Positions 27,212-37,044 of a DNA stretch of 64,000 nt are shown here, in pieces. The notes under the pieces are model-generated. The model ran no database searches. It was not told the origin of the DNA and was given only the letters and a program-made list of their open reading frames with translations. Position numbers and translations under genes: made by a program. Numbering within the stretch: position 1 is the stretch's first letter; every line of letters starts with the position of its first letter. The DNA comes from Longimicrobiales bacterium (lineage in GTDB: Bacteria; Gemmatimonadota; Gemmatimonadetes; Longimicrobiales; Gaopeijiaceae), in NCBI GenBank assembly GCA_965219445.1, contig CBDCNQ010000002.1:512001-576000 (forward strand), read 5' to 3'.

Positions 27212-29608
27212 TCAGACGTGCGTCTCGAGGGGCGCATACGGCTGCGCCCTGCCCTCCAATTCCGCTAGTATCACATCCGCCGTGAGTGGCGTCCGGCACA
27301 GGCACTTTCCGCCCAGCGCATCGGAGATGGCGGAGGCGATGGCCGCTGAGCCCGCACCCACGGGCGGCTCTCCAATCCCCTTGGCTCCCACTGGAGTCTG
27401 CGGATCAGGGACTTCGACCGCGCCCCACTGCATGTCCACCGGAACGTCCAGAAATCCCGGTGGGCGGGCCGTATAAAGTCTTTTGGCGAATGAGACTCCC
27501 CAGACGGGGTCGTACACCCACTTTTGACTTCTGGCGATCCCCATGCCCTGGATCGAACCGCCTAGAATCTGGCCACCGAGGCTCCTTGGGTGCAGCATGG
27601 TCCCGCAGTCGGCCATTGCCGTATAATGTATGATCTCCACCACGCCGGTCTCGACATCCAACTCCACCTCGGCGAAGCCGACCACGAACGAACGAACGCT
27701 GCCGCTGTACGGATAGTTGTCCTTGGCGGCAGCAACCAGGCCTTGTCCGGCCAACGCCGTGGCGGACGCCTTGGTCATGTCGTTGAGCTCAGGCGCCAAC
27801 TCCTCTCCGCTGTACCTCCCACCTAGCTCGATGGCGCGGGTGGCCGCCTGGGCGAAGGTCAGGCCCCGAGCCGGGTTCGACGCGCGGAAAACGCGGCCGT
27901 CCGATGTGTCATAATCCTCTGGGGCGCCCCCGAGGTCACGAGCAGCGATCTCCTGTAGCTTCCGCTTGGCGTCCATTCCCACCGCGTGGTTCGCTCGGGT
28001 ATGGGCGAGCGTCGTCTGGCTCCCGCCTTGAGCGGAGCTCCACGGCAGGTTCCGGCTCGTGTCACCCCAGACGACTTCGCAGTCATCCCACGCCATCCCG
28101 AGGATCTCGGCGGCGACCTTCCCCGTGTCCATAACCGAGTGGGTTCCCAGGTTACCGATGCCCTGGTGGATATAGAGCTTTCCGTCCGGCCGGATCACCA
28201 AAAGCCCCTCGTACTCGCGACTTCCCGCCGAATAGGCGCTCAGGCCCATTCCCACTCCGGTGATTTTGGTGCCGTTGCGCTGACCGCTCCGCTGTAGCCT
28301 CTCCTGCCAGTCGAACAGCTCCTCACCCCGGTCCAACGCCTCCCTCACGAACGCGCTGGAGATGGTCGTGCGGTCGGGGCCGTACATGGCGTCGCTGTCG
28401 GGTGCATTGATCCGACGGATCGCGAGCCGATCGATTCCGAGCTCCCGCGCCGCCTTGTCCATGATCGGCTCGAGCATCCCCGTGATTTGAGCACCCCCCG
28501 GGCCCCGCTGGGCAGATTTCGGAGGGGTGTTCGTGAAGACGCCAACTCCCCGGTGACGCATGGCCTCAGGCTGGTAGGCGAGAGAGGCGATCTGGCCACA
28601 AGACATGTATTCACCACGTAAGTCGTAGGGGCCGCTTTCCTGAAGCACGTACAGGTCGAGCGCCGTCATACGACCGTCCGAGCGGAACCCGAACCGGGCC
28701 CGGGCCTGGAACCCGGGCCGCGCACGGCCCAAGTAGGTCTCCTCGGCGCGAGTGATCCGGAGCATGACCGGCCGGTTCAGCTTGCGGGAGAGCAGAGCCG
28801 GGACCTGCACGATGGCGCTTCCCCTAATCTTGCTTCCGAATCCACCTCCGCAGTACTCCCCGACGATGACCACGTCCTCCATGTCCAGCCCTAGACCGTC
28901 GGCAACGACGCCCCGGGTTTGGGTCACACTCTGGGTTGAGCAGTGCAGAAAGAGCCTCCCGTTTTGCCAATAGGCCATGGCGCTCCGGGGCTCCAAGGCG
29001 TGGTGCGACAGGGATTGGTGAATGATCGTCTCGTCTAAAATGAGATCCGCTTGGGAAAAGCCGGCCTCGAGGTCTCCAAAGCTCCACTCATCTCCAGGCT
29101 CACCGGTCGGAAGCCGATCCTCGCCCGCCTCTTCGAAGTCCGCCTCAGTCCATTTCACGCTGGCCATCTCACCGTTGACGACGGTGTTGCCCTCCGTACG
29201 GGCGTTGGGCCCCCCGGGACGGAGGCTGTCCAGCGGGTTCAGGACGAAGGGCAACGGCTCGTAATCGATCCGGATTCTCTCGATGGCGTCCGCGGCCGTG
29301 GTCTCGTCCACCGCGGCAAGCGCCAGGATCGCCTCACCTTCGTAGCGTGGCTCCATGGTGAGGGCCGCCTCTCCGGGCGCATCGGGCTGCGGCACCTCGT
29401 CCGCTGTCAGGATTCCCACGACTCCGTCCATGGCCAGAGCCTCACTCGTATCGATGCGGAGCACTCGGGCGTGCGGCATGGGACTGGCGAGCAGCTTGGC
29501 GAAGACCATTCCGTCCGCGCGGAAGTCCTCGGCGTACCTGGCCCGCCCCGTGATCTTGGCCACGAGGTCCAGGGGGGCGATGTCTTGTCCGACCAGCTTC
29601 TCCGCCAT
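27212..29608 (-). CDS. Xanthine dehydrogenase family molybdopterin-binding subunit
   Basis: GGAGG RBS before MAEKLVG. KITGRARYAED, SPMPHARV, GGGFGSK, QRGPG, GGQILGG and GAKGIGEPP. Confidence 0.92.
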   Translation of the reverse strand: MAEKLVGQDIAPLDLVAKITGRARYAEDFRADGMVFAKLLASPMPHARVLRIDTSEALAMDGVVGILTADEVPQPDAPGEAALTMEPRYEGEAILALAAVDETTAADAIERIRIDYEPLPFVLNPLDSLRPGGPNARTEGNTVVNGEMASVKWTEADFEEAGEDRLPTGEPGDEWSFGDLEAGFSQADLILDETIIHQSLSHHALEPRSAMAYWQNGRLFLHCSTQSVTQTRGVVADGLGLDMEDVVIVGEYCGGGFGSKIRGSAIVQVPALLSRKLNRPVMLRITRAEETYLGRARPGFQARARFGFRSDGRMTALDLYVLQESGPYDLRGEYMSCGQIASLAYQPEAMRHRGVGVFTNTPPKSAQRGPGGAQITGMLEPIMDKAARELGIDRLAIRRINAPDSDAMYGPDRTTISSAFVREALDRGEELFDWQERLQRSGQRNGTKITGVGMGLSAYSAGSREYEGLLVIRPDGKLYIHQGIGNLGTHSVMDTGKVAAEILGMAWDDCEVVWGDTSRNLPWSSAQGGSQTTLAHTRANHAVGMDAKRKLQEIAARDLGGAPEDYDTSDGRVFRASNPARGLTFAQAATRAIELGGRYSGEELAPELNDMTKASATALAGQGLVAAAKDNYPYSGSVRSFVVGFAEVELDVETGVVEIIHYTAMADCGTMLHPRSLGGQILGGSIQGMGIARSQKWVYDPVWGVSFAKRLYTARPPGFLDVPVDMQWGAVEVPDPQTPVGAKGIGEPPVGAGSAAIASAISDALGGKCLCRTPLTADVILAELEGRAQPYAPLETHV

Positions 29609-29910
29609 GATGGCCTCCCTTGGGCCGGCCACCGGCGCGTTCAGCTGGCTCGGCCTGTAGACGAGTCGCCCCAGGAAGAAAAACGTCACGGCCTCCGGCC
29701 GGCCGGGGCGGTCGCTTCAACCTGATGGATGATGGGCATGGGCGCAACGGTGGGGAGGGGACTTTTCGTGACCTGTCCTACCCTGGCGATGCGCTTGAGT
29801 CGGTCTTATGATGGGCGGTTGTCAGAAAAGTCGCTTTGTTCCAGATCGTCGGACTCGCGTGGGTATGCCTACCAGACCCGTCCGTTCACCGCTTTGCCAA
29901 TGAGGAAGCT

Positions 29911-31977
29911 ATGTCAACACTGACCCGTAGACTCCAGAGTCACTCGAATGGTTTCGCCCTCGTGCTCGGCGTGCTGCTGCTGGCGCCCACGCTCGGCTTC
30001 GGGCAGGAGCGCCAAAACCCGTACGGGGAGTGGCGTTACCAGAGTGGAGACGCGTGGGGCACGCGCTATTCGCCCGTCGATCAGATCGAAGCCTCCAACT
30101 TCGCCGACCTCGAAGTCGCGTGGGAGTGGCGAGCCGACAACTTCGGTCCGGTGGTCGACCAGCAATTCAAGTCCACTCCGACGTACATCGACGGACTCCT
30201 GTACACGGTGGCCGGCCAGCGCCGCACCGTGGCCGCAATAGACCCGACCACCGGCGAGACGGTGTGGACCTACCGCGAACCGAACACGGAGCGGTGGGAG
30301 CGCTCGATGCGCCAGAACTACGGAAAGGGTGTTGCCTACGGGGAGGTCGACGGAAGGGGCGTGATATTCTACACGTCTCCCGCGTTCTTCCTCCACGCTT
30401 TGGACGCGAAGACCGGTGAGCACATCCAGAACTTTGGCTCACGGGTACCGATCGAGGGCTTCCCCTCGACGGGTGTCGTGGACCTGCTAGTTCCCCTCAT
30501 CGCGGATTGGGGCCCCTGGCTCACCTACGATAGCGCATACGACCCTGCGCACGGTATCCCGCGAGAGTTGGGCTACATCACCTCCTCGTCGCCTCCCATC
30601 GTCGTGAACGGCGTGGTGGTGGTCGGCAACTCGGCCGAGCAAGGATACCTCCAGACCCGGATCGAAAACGTCCCGGGCGACATCCTCGCCTTCGACGCCC
30701 GGAGCGGTGACTTCAAGTGGAAGTTCCATGTGATTCCACGGCCGGGCGAGTTCGGTCACGAAACGTGGCTCAACGACGCATGGCAGTGGACGGGGGACGT
30801 ATCTTCGTGGGCGCCGATGTCCGCGGACGAGAATCTGGGCCTCGTCTACTTCCCTACGAATCCGCCTACGATTGACTATTTTGGCGGGTTCCGGCCCGGA
30901 GAAGGCCTGTTTGGAACGAGTGTGGTTGCGCTGGACGTTCAGACGGGCCAGCGCGTATGGCACTTCCAGACGGTCCACAACGACCAGTGGAACTACGACC
31001 TTCCGAACGTCCCAATCCTAGCCGATCTCGAAGTGGACGGGCGGGCCATTCCGGCGCTGATTCAGACGGCGAAGACGGGCATTATCTACGCGTTCAACCG
31101 GGAAACCGGGGAGCCGATCTGGCCGATCGAAGAAGTGCCGGTAGTCCAGACTGAAGTACCCGGGAACTGGACGTCGCCGACCCAACCCATGCCTACTCGG
31201 CCGGAGCCGGCCGAGGCCCTCGGGCTTGATTCCGACGACATCATCGACTTCACGCCCGAGCTGCGGCAAGAGGCGATGGAGTTGATCCGCAACTACCGCA
31301 TCGGCGGACCGTTCGTGCCCCGGCTCTTCGAGGGACACGACGCAGGCGTCGTCGCGAACATTCGTTGCTACGGCGGACTGAATATCACGAATCCCGCTAC
31401 GTTGGATCCGACAACCGGTATCTTGTACCACCCGTCCTCGAAGGGTTGCAGTGGCGGCATCGTAATCCCTGGTGCCGATGCGGATGACCCGGACAACCCA
31501 CGGACTACGGGCACGACCATTTCGGAATGGGTGGCCGGTCCGGGTGGCGGCTTGCCCCGAGTCCAGGGGCTGCCGGTCTGGAAGCCGCCCTACAACCGGC
31601 TTTCCGCGTACGACATGAACACCGGCGAGCGGCTATACTGGATTCCGATCGGGGATACCCCCGAAGACATACGGAGCCACCCGGCGCTTCGTGGAGCGGA
31701 CCTGTCGAACACGGGTGGTGGCGGTAATTCGATCCAGATGGTGTCCGGTGACCTCCTTTACGCGACGGAGGGCTCCAGCGGACCGCCGGTCCTCAACGCC
31801 TATAACAAGCTGACCGGGGAACACGTAGGCGAAATCCTACTCCCCTCCCCGGGGCAGTACGGCATGATGAGCTTCCTACACCACGATTTCCAGCACATCG
31901 TGGTGCAGGTCGGCAGTCCCGGCCGCTTGGTCGCGCTACGGCTGCCCGGTATGGATACGGGCGTAGTAGCACACTAG
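29911..31977 (+). CDS. PQQ-dependent dehydrogenase-like beta-propeller protein (glucose/quinate dehydrogenase type, secreted)
   Basis: Signal peptide, RYSPVDQI..NF.DLEVAW, TSSSPPIVV, WAPMSADENLGLVYFPT, WHFQTVHNDQWNYD, NRETGEPIWPIEE. Confidence 0.88.
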   Translation: MSTLTRRLQSHSNGFALVLGVLLLAPTLGFGQERQNPYGEWRYQSGDAWGTRYSPVDQIEASNFADLEVAWEWRADNFGPVVDQQFKSTPTYIDGLLYTVAGQRRTVAAIDPTTGETVWTYREPNTERWERSMRQNYGKGVAYGEVDGRGVIFYTSPAFFLHALDAKTGEHIQNFGSRVPIEGFPSTGVVDLLVPLIADWGPWLTYDSAYDPAHGIPRELGYITSSSPPIVVNGVVVVGNSAEQGYLQTRIENVPGDILAFDARSGDFKWKFHVIPRPGEFGHETWLNDAWQWTGDVSSWAPMSADENLGLVYFPTNPPTIDYFGGFRPGEGLFGTSVVALDVQTGQRVWHFQTVHNDQWNYDLPNVPILADLEVDGRAIPALIQTAKTGIIYAFNRETGEPIWPIEEVPVVQTEVPGNWTSPTQPMPTRPEPAEALGLDSDDIIDFTPELRQEAMELIRNYRIGGPFVPRLFEGHDAGVVANIRCYGGLNITNPATLDPTTGILYHPSSKGCSGGIVIPGADADDPDNPRTTGTTISEWVAGPGGGLPRVQGLPVWKPPYNRLSAYDMNTGERLYWIPIGDTPEDIRSHPALRGADLSNTGGGGNSIQMVSGDLLYATEGSSGPPVLNAYNKLTGEHVGEILLPSPGQYGMMSFLHHDFQHIVVQVGSPGRLVALRLPGMDTGVVAH

Positions 31978-32012
31978 CCGACGCCGTCAGGCGGATTGGC
32001 CAGACGTAACGG

Positions 32013-32048
32013 GCCCCCGGCGGCATAGCCGTCGGGGGCTTTCATTTT
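32013..32048 (+). terminator. Rho-independent terminator
   Basis: GCCCCCGGCGGC-ATA-GCCGTCGGGGGC followed by TTTCATTTT. Confidence 0.8.
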
Positions 32049-32153
32049 GGGCCTGGTGAGACCGAGAGCTCAATTGGACGTGCCGACCATGGCGGCCAAT
32101 CGGGGTGAATAAGGTGACCAACTGTGGCCGCAAAGCATTATGAGTGAAGTGTC

Positions 32154-33194
32154 CTACAGGTCAGGGCACAAGGATCGAAGTACTTCGACGTCACCCGGCT
32201 GGACTCCAGGCGCTCCATTCGCCGGATCCGTCTGAGCGACTTCCTCCCCCATGATACCTCCGGGCACGGTATTGTGGCCGAGTCCCAGGGCATGGCCCAA
32301 CTCGTGGGCGGCCACATGGACGAGGTTCTCCCAACCGTCGAACCGGTAAATCCGTATCTCCCGGGTGACCGACGCGACCTCCCCATCCTGTACATGGACG
32401 GCTTCCCGGTACGTACCGGATTCGAGGCGCCTCGCGGGAAACGCAGCGAAAAGGTTTTCTGCTTCTATCCGGTGGGCCTCCACCTCCTGCTCGAGTCGCT
32501 CGGACTCCTCTTCCAGCTGTTGCCTCAGCTCGTCGATCTCTCGCCCCCGAGTCGTCAGTTCCTCGCGCTCCGCGTCGAGCAGGCTCGCGGATGTGTCGAG
32601 TCCTGCTCGCACGTCCGCCGGAGCACCACCCGACGCGTTCCAATCGCGGATGGTGTCGTTGAGGCTGGCCACCCGTCGGTCGAGTTGCCGAAGGGCCGCC
32701 TGGTGTTGCCCGCGGGTCCCAACGTTTCGTCGCATCATCTCGTTGAGTCCGGTCCTCCGGGCCTCGAGGTTCGCGCTGGTCTCGTTGTACTCCAGTTCGA
32801 GGCGGCGAATCTGCAACGTTCTCTCCTGACGGTCATCATAGACCAGCCGGACGGAAAGCTCTCCATCGGACTCGTTCGAAAACAGACCGACGCCAACCGC
32901 CTCCTCCCAGAGCGTGGCAGCTTGGCTCAAGGCCGCCCTCGCCTCTTCGTAACTCAGTCCGAACGGGTCGTCGACCCTAGCGATACTCCATCCGAGCGGT
33001 ACCGCGCAGGCAATTGCAGACCCCCCCGTTCGCTCCCGGAGGTAGGGCGCATCGTTCAAGGATGTAGAGACTGGTGCGGGCTGCGAACCCTCCGCCTCAA
33101 CGGTGCTCGGATCGGTCCGGGCACCGTAGAAAATCCAGGCAAGAAATCCGAAGACCGAGAGGATCGCCCCGAAGGGCGCGAAACGGTTAGTCAT
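32154..33194 (-). CDS. Matrixin-like (M10) zinc metalloprotease with a long coiled-coil insert
   Basis: HELGHALGLGH zinc motif, GIM Met-turn, N-terminal TM helix, central heptad-rich region. Confidence 0.88.
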   Translation of the reverse strand: MTNRFAPFGAILSVFGFLAWIFYGARTDPSTVEAEGSQPAPVSTSLNDAPYLRERTGGSAIACAVPLGWSIARVDDPFGLSYEEARAALSQAATLWEEAVGVGLFSNESDGELSVRLVYDDRQERTLQIRRLELEYNETSANLEARRTGLNEMMRRNVGTRGQHQAALRQLDRRVASLNDTIRDWNASGGAPADVRAGLDTSASLLDAEREELTTRGREIDELRQQLEEESERLEQEVEAHRIEAENLFAAFPARRLESGTYREAVHVQDGEVASVTREIRIYRFDGWENLVHVAAHELGHALGLGHNTVPGGIMGEEVAQTDPANGAPGVQPGDVEVLRSLCPDL

Positions 33195-33308
33195 ACTGGG
33201 TCCCCTGCACCAAGCGACGGGACGCGGCTTGCTTCCCGCGCCTCGAGTCTATTGAATTGGTCTGCACTGGAGTTGGCCCCGCACGGTGGACGGTTTTGGA
33301 CTAGAGAT

Positions 33309-34157
33309 TCACGCGGCGGGGGCGTGTTCCTTTTCGTAGTTAAGAGGAGACAATTGGCCGAGGGCAGAGTGCCGTCGGTGGGGATTGTACCAGGCTTCGA
33401 TGAAGTCGAACACGGCCATCCTGGCCTCGGCCTGATTGCGGAAGCTCTTTCGTTCGATGAGTTCGGTCTCGAGCGTGGCGAAGAAGCTCTCGCACATCGC
33501 GTTATCGTACGCGTCGCCGACCGAGCCCATCGAGGGTCGGACGCTGGCCTCTTTGCAGCGTAGGCCGAAGGCGATCGAGGTGTACTGGGTACCCTGATCG
33601 CTATGATGGATGACACCGTTCGGTCGTCGTTGCTGCAGCGCCATGTTCAGCGCGTCGAGCACGAGATCGGTCTTGAGATGCGTCTTCATCGACCATCCGA
33701 CCACATGGCGGCTCCACGCATCGACGACGACTGACAGGTACAAGAAGCCGCTCCAGGTCGGCACGTAGGTGATGTCGGCAACCCAGAGCTGGTCCGGGCC
33801 GTGCACACTGAAGTCGCGCGCGACGAGATCGGGGGCAGGTCGAGCATCTCTGTTTCGCTTCGTCGTGCGCCACTTCCTTCGCCGCGTAGCGCCTTGTAGT
33901 CCTGCCAGCCTCATCAGACGACGCACCCGCTTGTGGTTGACCTGCCAGCCGTCGTCCCTGAGCTCGGCGTACATCCGTGGCTGGCCATACGTCTCACGGC
34001 TGAACGTGTGGATCTCACGCATCCGACCTAGCAGTCGCTCGTTCTCGACCGCGCGATGCGATGGAGGACGCTTTCTCCATGCGTAGTACCCGCTGGGCGA
34101 GACGCTCAGGACTTCGCACATCATCTGCACGCTGAACTCGGCCTGGTTGGCCCTCAC
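33309..34157 (-). CDS. IS3-family OrfB transposase
   Basis: SPSGYYAW, PDQLWVADITY, HHSDQGTQYTS, YDNAMCESFFATLETE, YNPHRRHSALG. Confidence 0.95.
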   Translation of the reverse strand: MRANQAEFSVQMMCEVLSVSPSGYYAWRKRPPSHRAVENERLLGRMREIHTFSRETYGQPRMYAELRDDGWQVNHKRVRRLMRLAGLQGATRRRKWRTTKRNRDARPAPDLVARDFSVHGPDQLWVADITYVPTWSGFLYLSVVVDAWSRHVVGWSMKTHLKTDLVLDALNMALQQRRPNGVIHHSDQGTQYTSIAFGLRCKEASVRPSMGSVGDAYDNAMCESFFATLETELIERKSFRNQAEARMAVFDFIEAWYNPHRRHSALGQLSPLNYEKEHAPAA

Positions 34158-34468
34158 GAACTCGAACGCTTCGGGGGCACCGAGTCGGACTCCTGAGCGA
34201 ACCAGGCCGCGGCTTTTTTTAGGATCTCCCGCTCGACACGAAGCCGCTTGTTCTCACGCCGAAGCTCGCGGAGCTCCTCGCGCTCTGACGACGTCAGGCC
34301 GTCGCTTCTGACTCCCGTGTCGAGGTCCGTCTGCTTCACCCAATTGTGGATCGTCTGCGCTGTGGGCTCAAACTCCCGACTCAGCTCCTCAGGCGTGCGA
34401 CCTGCTTTGACCAGCTCCACCATCTGCTGGCGGAACTCCAACGAATACGGCGGTCTCGTTCTTGGCAT
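34154..34468 (-). CDS. IS3-family OrfA
   Basis: YSLEFRQQMVELV HTH and ELRRENKRLRVEREILKKAAAWF. A7G frameshift site at 34213-34220 on the minus strand. Confidence 0.93.
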   Translation of the reverse strand: MPRTRPPYSLEFRQQMVELVKAGRTPEELSREFEPTAQTIHNWVKQTDLDTGVRSDGLTSSEREELRELRRENKRLRVEREILKKAAAWFAQESDSVPPKRSSS

Positions 34469-34679
34469 CGTGGACTCCTCTCTCTAAAGAGAATAGGTGT
34501 CCACCGTGCGGGCCCAACTCCAGCCCTTCACAAGGCCGGCGTCCAGTGGGGGAGCCCTTGTGGGCATCGATACCGCTTTGTAATCTCAGGGACCGAGCGT
34601 ACGGATGGTCGAGCGTTCACTCTCCCGGTTCGTCACGCGGATGGGGAAACAGTAGTCCCAACACGACAAAGGTGGCTAG

Positions 34680-35555
34680 GTGGGCCCACGGACCGAGGGG
34701 CGACGTCAGCGCGACTCGCTCTACGAGACCGCCAACATGGCGTGGAAGGCGGGCTGGGGAAACACCCTAGCCTGGTCGACGATGCTGGCCGTGGCCGCTC
34801 ATGCAGCCGCTTTTGCTTTCTGGCCGACTTGGGAAAACTCTGATTCATTTCTCGAGCCCGATATTGAACTTCTGGGAACGGCATGGACGGCACTGTACCC
34901 ACCGCCAACGAGTGGCAGCGGTGGTGGTGTGCCGGTGGCATCTCTGGCGCTGATCGAAGAGCCGGACTCGCTTCCAATCCAAGAAGTGGATGCCACGTCA
35001 ATCATCGGGGGTTCCGAACTGGCCCAGGGGGCCTTCTCAACCAGGCTTAGAGAGCGTCTCGCCGGTCCTGGCAGTCCTGGCCCGACGCTCGTGCAGTTCA
35101 GTTCGGCGACCGGCCCCCCGGGCGTGGGCGACGATCGGGGGGATAGCCGTGATGAAGAAGAAGAGGACGAACCGGATCCCGCGCCGGGCGACCTGGCGCT
35201 CCTCTTGGAAACGAGCTCCCTGGATCTTTCACGGCTGTCCGGCGTGCGCCCCCAGATCGTTCTGCCGGGGACATCGGCGTGGATTCTAATTCGGAACCCC
35301 ACCGAGGTGGACCGGTTCATGAGCGGGAGCACTCGAGAGGGAGCTTCCGCAGCCAACGGACTGGTCGACGTAACCGTGTGGATCGACGAATGGGGCTCCG
35401 TCGAGTGGGCCGAGATCAGCAGATCCAGTGGGCGTCAGGAGATGGACGAGATCGCCCTCGCTCTGTTCAACGAGGTCGCATCCTTCCGACCCGCCCGAGA
35501 TCGAGGTGTACGCGTATCACAGTCCGTGATTTTCTCCGTTCCGTTCCCTTGGTAG
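34680..35555 (+). CDS. TonB-like energy transducer (TM anchor, low-complexity linker, TonB C-terminal domain)
   Basis: AVAAHAAAF TM helix with His; C-terminal V.VWIDEWGSV..AEISRSSG..MDEIAL...FRPARDRG.RV. Confidence 0.8.
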   Translation: MGPRTEGRRQRDSLYETANMAWKAGWGNTLAWSTMLAVAAHAAAFAFWPTWENSDSFLEPDIELLGTAWTALYPPPTSGSGGGVPVASLALIEEPDSLPIQEVDATSIIGGSELAQGAFSTRLRERLAGPGSPGPTLVQFSSATGPPGVGDDRGDSRDEEEEDEPDPAPGDLALLLETSSLDLSRLSGVRPQIVLPGTSAWILIRNPTEVDRFMSGSTREGASAANGLVDVTVWIDEWGSVEWAEISRSSGRQEMDEIALALFNEVASFRPARDRGVRVSQSVIFSVPFPW

Positions 35556-37027
35556 GCTCTCGACAAGCCCTCCCCCTTCTCTCCGCACCGATTCTTACGC
35601 GGGAGGCCGGCTCCGCGCCCGTCAATCCTGGGTCGCGCAGATGCAGGCGCTTCAGCAGCGTTCTCTGGTGTGCTGCGGTCCTCGTTTTCAGCGGGTGCGC
35701 CGCGGCGCCGTCTGGACCCGTGGGCCCTGTGATCTCACCAACAGGAATCGTCTACGAGCTGGGGACGCCGCCCGTCGGCACTCGCTTCTCACAAACAGGG
35801 GCGCTCTATCTTACCCAGGGGTTCAATGCCCGGACGCTGGAACTCGCGAATCAAGGCATCGAAGACGACCCGGAGAATCCGATTCATTACTTGCTGGCGG
35901 GGCTGGCACTCGTGCGGCTCCAGGAGTACAGCGAAGCGGACGCGATGTTCGCCAAGGCGCAGCAGATCTACCCAGCGTATGAACTCGATATCGAACCCGA
36001 GCGCGAGGCGGCGTGGATCGAGTTGTTCAACGCAGGAATCGCGGCGTTCGCCGAGGAGGACATCGAGGGTACGATCGAAGCTTGGGAACAGGCAGGAATG
36101 ATGTGGGACCTCCGTCCAGACGCGTCATTGAATCTCGCGACCCTATTCAACGGTGAGGGCCGGTGGGATGAGGCCATTGAGGCCCATCAGAGGGTGGTCG
36201 CGGGTCTTGGGCGGAGGCCCGTCACGCGAGTGCTCACCGAAGAAGAGGTTCAAGAGCGCGAGGATCTGAAAATGCGAAGCGAACAAAGCCACACTCAGCT
36301 CCTCCTCTTCAGGGAGCGTTTCGCCGAGGCTGAACCGCTACTTCAGCGCCACCTCGAGGCTGAACCAACGAGTATCCAGGTCCGGGGTGATCTTGCCGCG
36401 GCGCTCAATGGGTTGGGAAGGGATGCTGAGGCCGCGGAGATCTATACCGGTCTTCTCTCCGAGACCGGTCTGGAGACCAGAGAACTCTTCAGCGTTGGCG
36501 TCGCCCTATATCGTGCGACCGAATACATGGCGGCGGCCGAGGCGTTCGAACAACTGACGCAACGCGAGCCGGACTCGCGTGACGCGTGGTTCAACTACGC
36601 GAATGCCCTGTTGGCAGCCCAGGCGTGGGAGCTGTTAGCAGCTGTGGGTGATCGATTGGCCGAAGTGGATCCCCTGGGGGAGAACTCCGGTCTGATCGCG
36701 GCGCGAGCCCATCTGGAACTCGGAGACGAGCAATCCGCAGTGCAAGGGCTGAGTAGAACCGAATCCGCTCCAATCTACCTGGAGGAACTTCAATTTCGAC
36801 CGTCCCAAACGGAGACGAGCCTCCAAGGGCAAGTGGTCGGAAACGTTGCAGAACCGGGGAGTGAGGTCCGTCTCCGTTTCACATTCTATCGCGCCGACGG
36901 CACGCCAGGGACGGAGCTTCTCACGGTTTCGGCTCCCCCTTCCGGAGTGAGCGCGCGGTTCGAGGTCTCCTTTCCGGAGCAAGCTACGGCGTACCGGTAC
37001 GAGCTTGTGCAGCCTCCGCTTCCCTAG
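35549..37027 (+). CDS. Tetratricopeptide-repeat lipoprotein (start uncertain)
   Basis: Lipobox FSGC and multiple TPR-like helical units (DAWFNYANAL etc.). The nearest in-frame start is TTG at 35549; the ORF-track start overlaps the TonB gene. Confidence 0.75.
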   Translation: MVGSRQALPLLSAPILTREAGSAPVNPGSRRCRRFSSVLWCAAVLVFSGCAAAPSGPVGPVISPTGIVYELGTPPVGTRFSQTGALYLTQGFNARTLELANQGIEDDPENPIHYLLAGLALVRLQEYSEADAMFAKAQQIYPAYELDIEPEREAAWIELFNAGIAAFAEEDIEGTIEAWEQAGMMWDLRPDASLNLATLFNGEGRWDEAIEAHQRVVAGLGRRPVTRVLTEEEVQEREDLKMRSEQSHTQLLLFRERFAEAEPLLQRHLEAEPTSIQVRGDLAAALNGLGRDAEAAEIYTGLLSETGLETRELFSVGVALYRATEYMAAAEAFEQLTQREPDSRDAWFNYANALLAAQAWELLAAVGDRLAEVDPLGENSGLIAARAHLELGDEQSAVQGLSRTESAPIYLEELQFRPSQTETSLQGQVVGNVAEPGSEVRLRFTFYRADGTPGTELLTVSAPPSGVSARFEVSFPEQATAYRYELVQPPLP

Positions 37028-37044
37028 TGTGGTGGTGGCTCCCT

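Larger units (their letters stand above)
33268..34522 (-). mobile_element. IS3-family insertion sequence (1255 bp)
   Basis: Terminal IRs TGGAGTTGG(C/G)CCCGCACGGTGGAC, 23/24 identical, with TG..CA ends. No target duplication (cac | gcc). Confidence 0.93.

Noticed and set aside
32274..33563. 429-aa plus-strand ORF
   Set aside because: Antisense to the metalloprotease and IS3 OrfB and spans an IS junction, so it cannot be an ancestral gene.
35279..35548. N-terminal extension of the TPR protein
   Set aside because: Overlaps the TonB C-terminal domain in another frame; the lipoprotein signal lies downstream.
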